DNA of 64,000 nucleotides from a bacterium (GTDB lineage Bacteria; Cyanobacteriota; Vampirovibrionia; Gastranaerophilales; JBAXKC01): NCBI GenBank assembly GCA_037137535.1, contig JBAXKC010000003.1, positions 32,001 to 96,000 of the forward strand, read 5' to 3'. Shown piece by piece: positions 62,612 to 64,000 of this stretch (position 1 is its first letter; each line of letters starts with the position of its first letter). The notes under the pieces were generated by a model. It saw only the letters and a program-made list of their open reading frames with translations, ran no database searches and was not told where the DNA came from. The position numbers and the translations under genes were made by a program.

Positions 62612-62717
62612 TGTTTTCTCCTACACTAAGCTACTCATATTATTTTATGAATAATACGCACGAATAAAAGACATATTATGTCTAATATTTACAAATATTA
62701 TTACATTTTGATATTTG

Positions 62718-63035
62718 TTAATTATTTTTATCGTTTTCAGGTCCAAAAGTTATATCATGAGGTCCAAAGCCACTATGGGTATTAAACCCTGGGGCACTAT
62801 ATGACCCAAAATCATCGCTTTTATTGCTCTTGTCTTTATAAATAATGGCACCTGATTTAGATATTATAATTTCGTTTTTATCTTCATTATTTTCTATTCC
62901 ATACAGTTTATTTATTTCTTCTGAGTTCACAATGTGGCCCATTTGGGTACACGATGTTGTTACCATAGTTAAAATAACGGTGGTTAGTAACAACAGGAAA
63001 AATTTTCCCAAACGGCCCGACATATCGAACCTCAC
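62718..63035 (-). CDS. Hypothetical lipoprotein
   Basis: Basic-hydrophobic signal ending in a lipobox-like VTTSC. Confidence 0.55.
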   Translation of the reverse strand: MRFDMSGRLGKFFLLLLTTVILTMVTTSCTQMGHIVNSEEINKLYGIENNEDKNEIIISKSGAIIYKDKSNKSDDFGSYSAPGFNTHSGFGPHDITFGPENDKNN

Positions 63036-63142
63036 ATCTTCTTTTTATTCAATTATCACTTTATACTACAATTATAGAGCTTTTTCATGAAATTTTCATC
63101 AAACTTTAATATGATATTTCTTTTTATTTACAATCAAAATTT

Positions 63143-64000
63143 TTATTCATTATTAATTGAAAAATATACATCTTTTAATCTTTTTTTACTTACATGGGTA
63201 TAAAGCTGTGTGGTTGATACATCGCTATGTCCCAGTAATTCCTGCACTACTCTTAAATCTGCTCCGTTTTCCAGTAAATGTGTTGCAAAACTGTGTCTTA
63301 TAACGTGGGGGCTGATTTTTCTATTTATAAGTTTTCCTAAATTATTGATGAATCTGTAAATATCCTGACGTGATAAGGTTTTTCCATTTGCTTTAAGAAA
63401 AAAAGCATCTTCGTTTTCATTATATTTTAAAAGAAGTAGTTCTCTATCTTCTAAATATAGTTTTAATGCATTTTTTGCTTCGTCTCCAATTGGTACTATT
63501 CTTTCTTTTGAGCCTTTTCCAAAGCATCTTACATAGCCGTTAGAAAGATTTATATTTGATAGTTTTAAATTTACAAGCTCTGATACACGAAGACCTGAAG
63601 CGTATAAAAGCTCTAGGATTGCTTTTTCTGAAGAGGTCAGCTTTTGAGCAAATAAAAGCTCCATTTCTTTTATACTTAGCACTTTAGGTAGTTTTCTTGC
63701 TAATTTTGGCTGTTCTATGCTTACTGTAGGGTCGTATTGAATGTATTCATTAGAAATAAGCCATTTAAACCAGCCTCTTACGGATGCAATCATTCTTGTT
63801 GTAGAAGATGCCGCATAGCCTTTGCCTCTTAGCTCTCTTATAAATACATTCAGAGATGATCTTGCGATATTTTCAAATTCATTTATATTATGTTTTTCTA
63901 AAAACTCTATAAAAATAGAGAGATCAGTTCTATAGCTTATTTCCGTATTATTAGAAAGACCTCTTTCAAGGATTAGATAATCTATATATTCACATAGATA
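63143..64000 (-). CDS. xerD: Tyrosine recombinase XerD (5' end runs off the window)
   Basis: Frame open to 64000 (YLILERGLSNNT..Y..DL); LYASGLRVSEL, GKGSKER, HVIRHSFATHLL, LLGH..TTQLY. Confidence 0.9.
   Translation of the reverse strand, partial: YLCEYIDYLILERGLSNNTEISYRTDLSIFIEFLEKHNINEFENIARSSLNVFIRELRGKGYAASSTTRMIASVRGWFKWLISNEYIQYDPTVSIEQPKLARKLPKVLSIKEMELLFAQKLTSSEKAILELLYASGLRVSELVNLKLSNINLSNGYVRCFGKGSKERIVPIGDEAKNALKLYLEDRELLLLKYNENEDAFFLKANGKTLSRQDIYRFINNLGKLINRKISPHVIRHSFATHLLENGADLRVVQELLGHSDVSTTQLYTHVSKKRLKDVYFSINNE

Noticed and set aside
2046-63090. Many 60-137 aa ORFs overlapping or antisense to long genes (e.g. 2046-2354, 18001-18321, 41628-42041, 56199-56525)
   Set aside because: Shadow frames of well-supported genes, with no recognisable motifs
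63143-64000. Prophage or island integrase
   Set aside because: Motifs fit housekeeping XerD; no att sites or phage genes seen
1-64000. CRISPR arrays, tRNA/rRNA genes, transposases, reverse transcriptases
   Set aside because: No repeat-spacer periodicity, cloverleaf or corresponding protein motifs seen by eye

Overview
AT-rich bacterial chromosomal segment, mostly core genes, with no rRNA, tRNA, CRISPR array or intact mobile element visible. Gene content and protein style tentatively suggest Vampirovibrionia/Melainabacteria (Gastranaerophilales-like); this is inference, not a database result. Recognisable blocks are leuA, an RlhA-like U32 gene, a PhoB/PhoR-like pair, msrA, an ArsR regulator with a CoA-persulfide reductase fusion, M16 peptidase-dut-ispG, gltX-cysS-mrnC, rpsO, HEAT-queC-DUF366-like, rsmA-ispE, gshA, a free-standing fliP-fliQ-fliR-flhB-flhA export-gate operon, ruvB, cobO, valS, recA-rny-ymdB-PHP, a PilT-like ATPase, sugar ABC permeases, PMM/PGM, a K+ channel, sppA and a truncated xerD. 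The most interesting signals are: (1) a minus-strand rod-shaped RNA behind rpsO that hides a 46-codon hydrophobic ORF and sequesters its SD (6S-like RNA and/or type I toxin-like mRNA); (2) a tandem two-domain structured leader with terminator/antiterminator upstream of msrA; (3) the isolated export gate plus several proteins with signal-less polar N-termini ending in FG/FKG, which are candidate export substrates; (4) RNase Y, whose membrane anchor appears to need an AUA start; (5) a bistable structured element at about 56.1 kb. All RNA folds were paired by eye.
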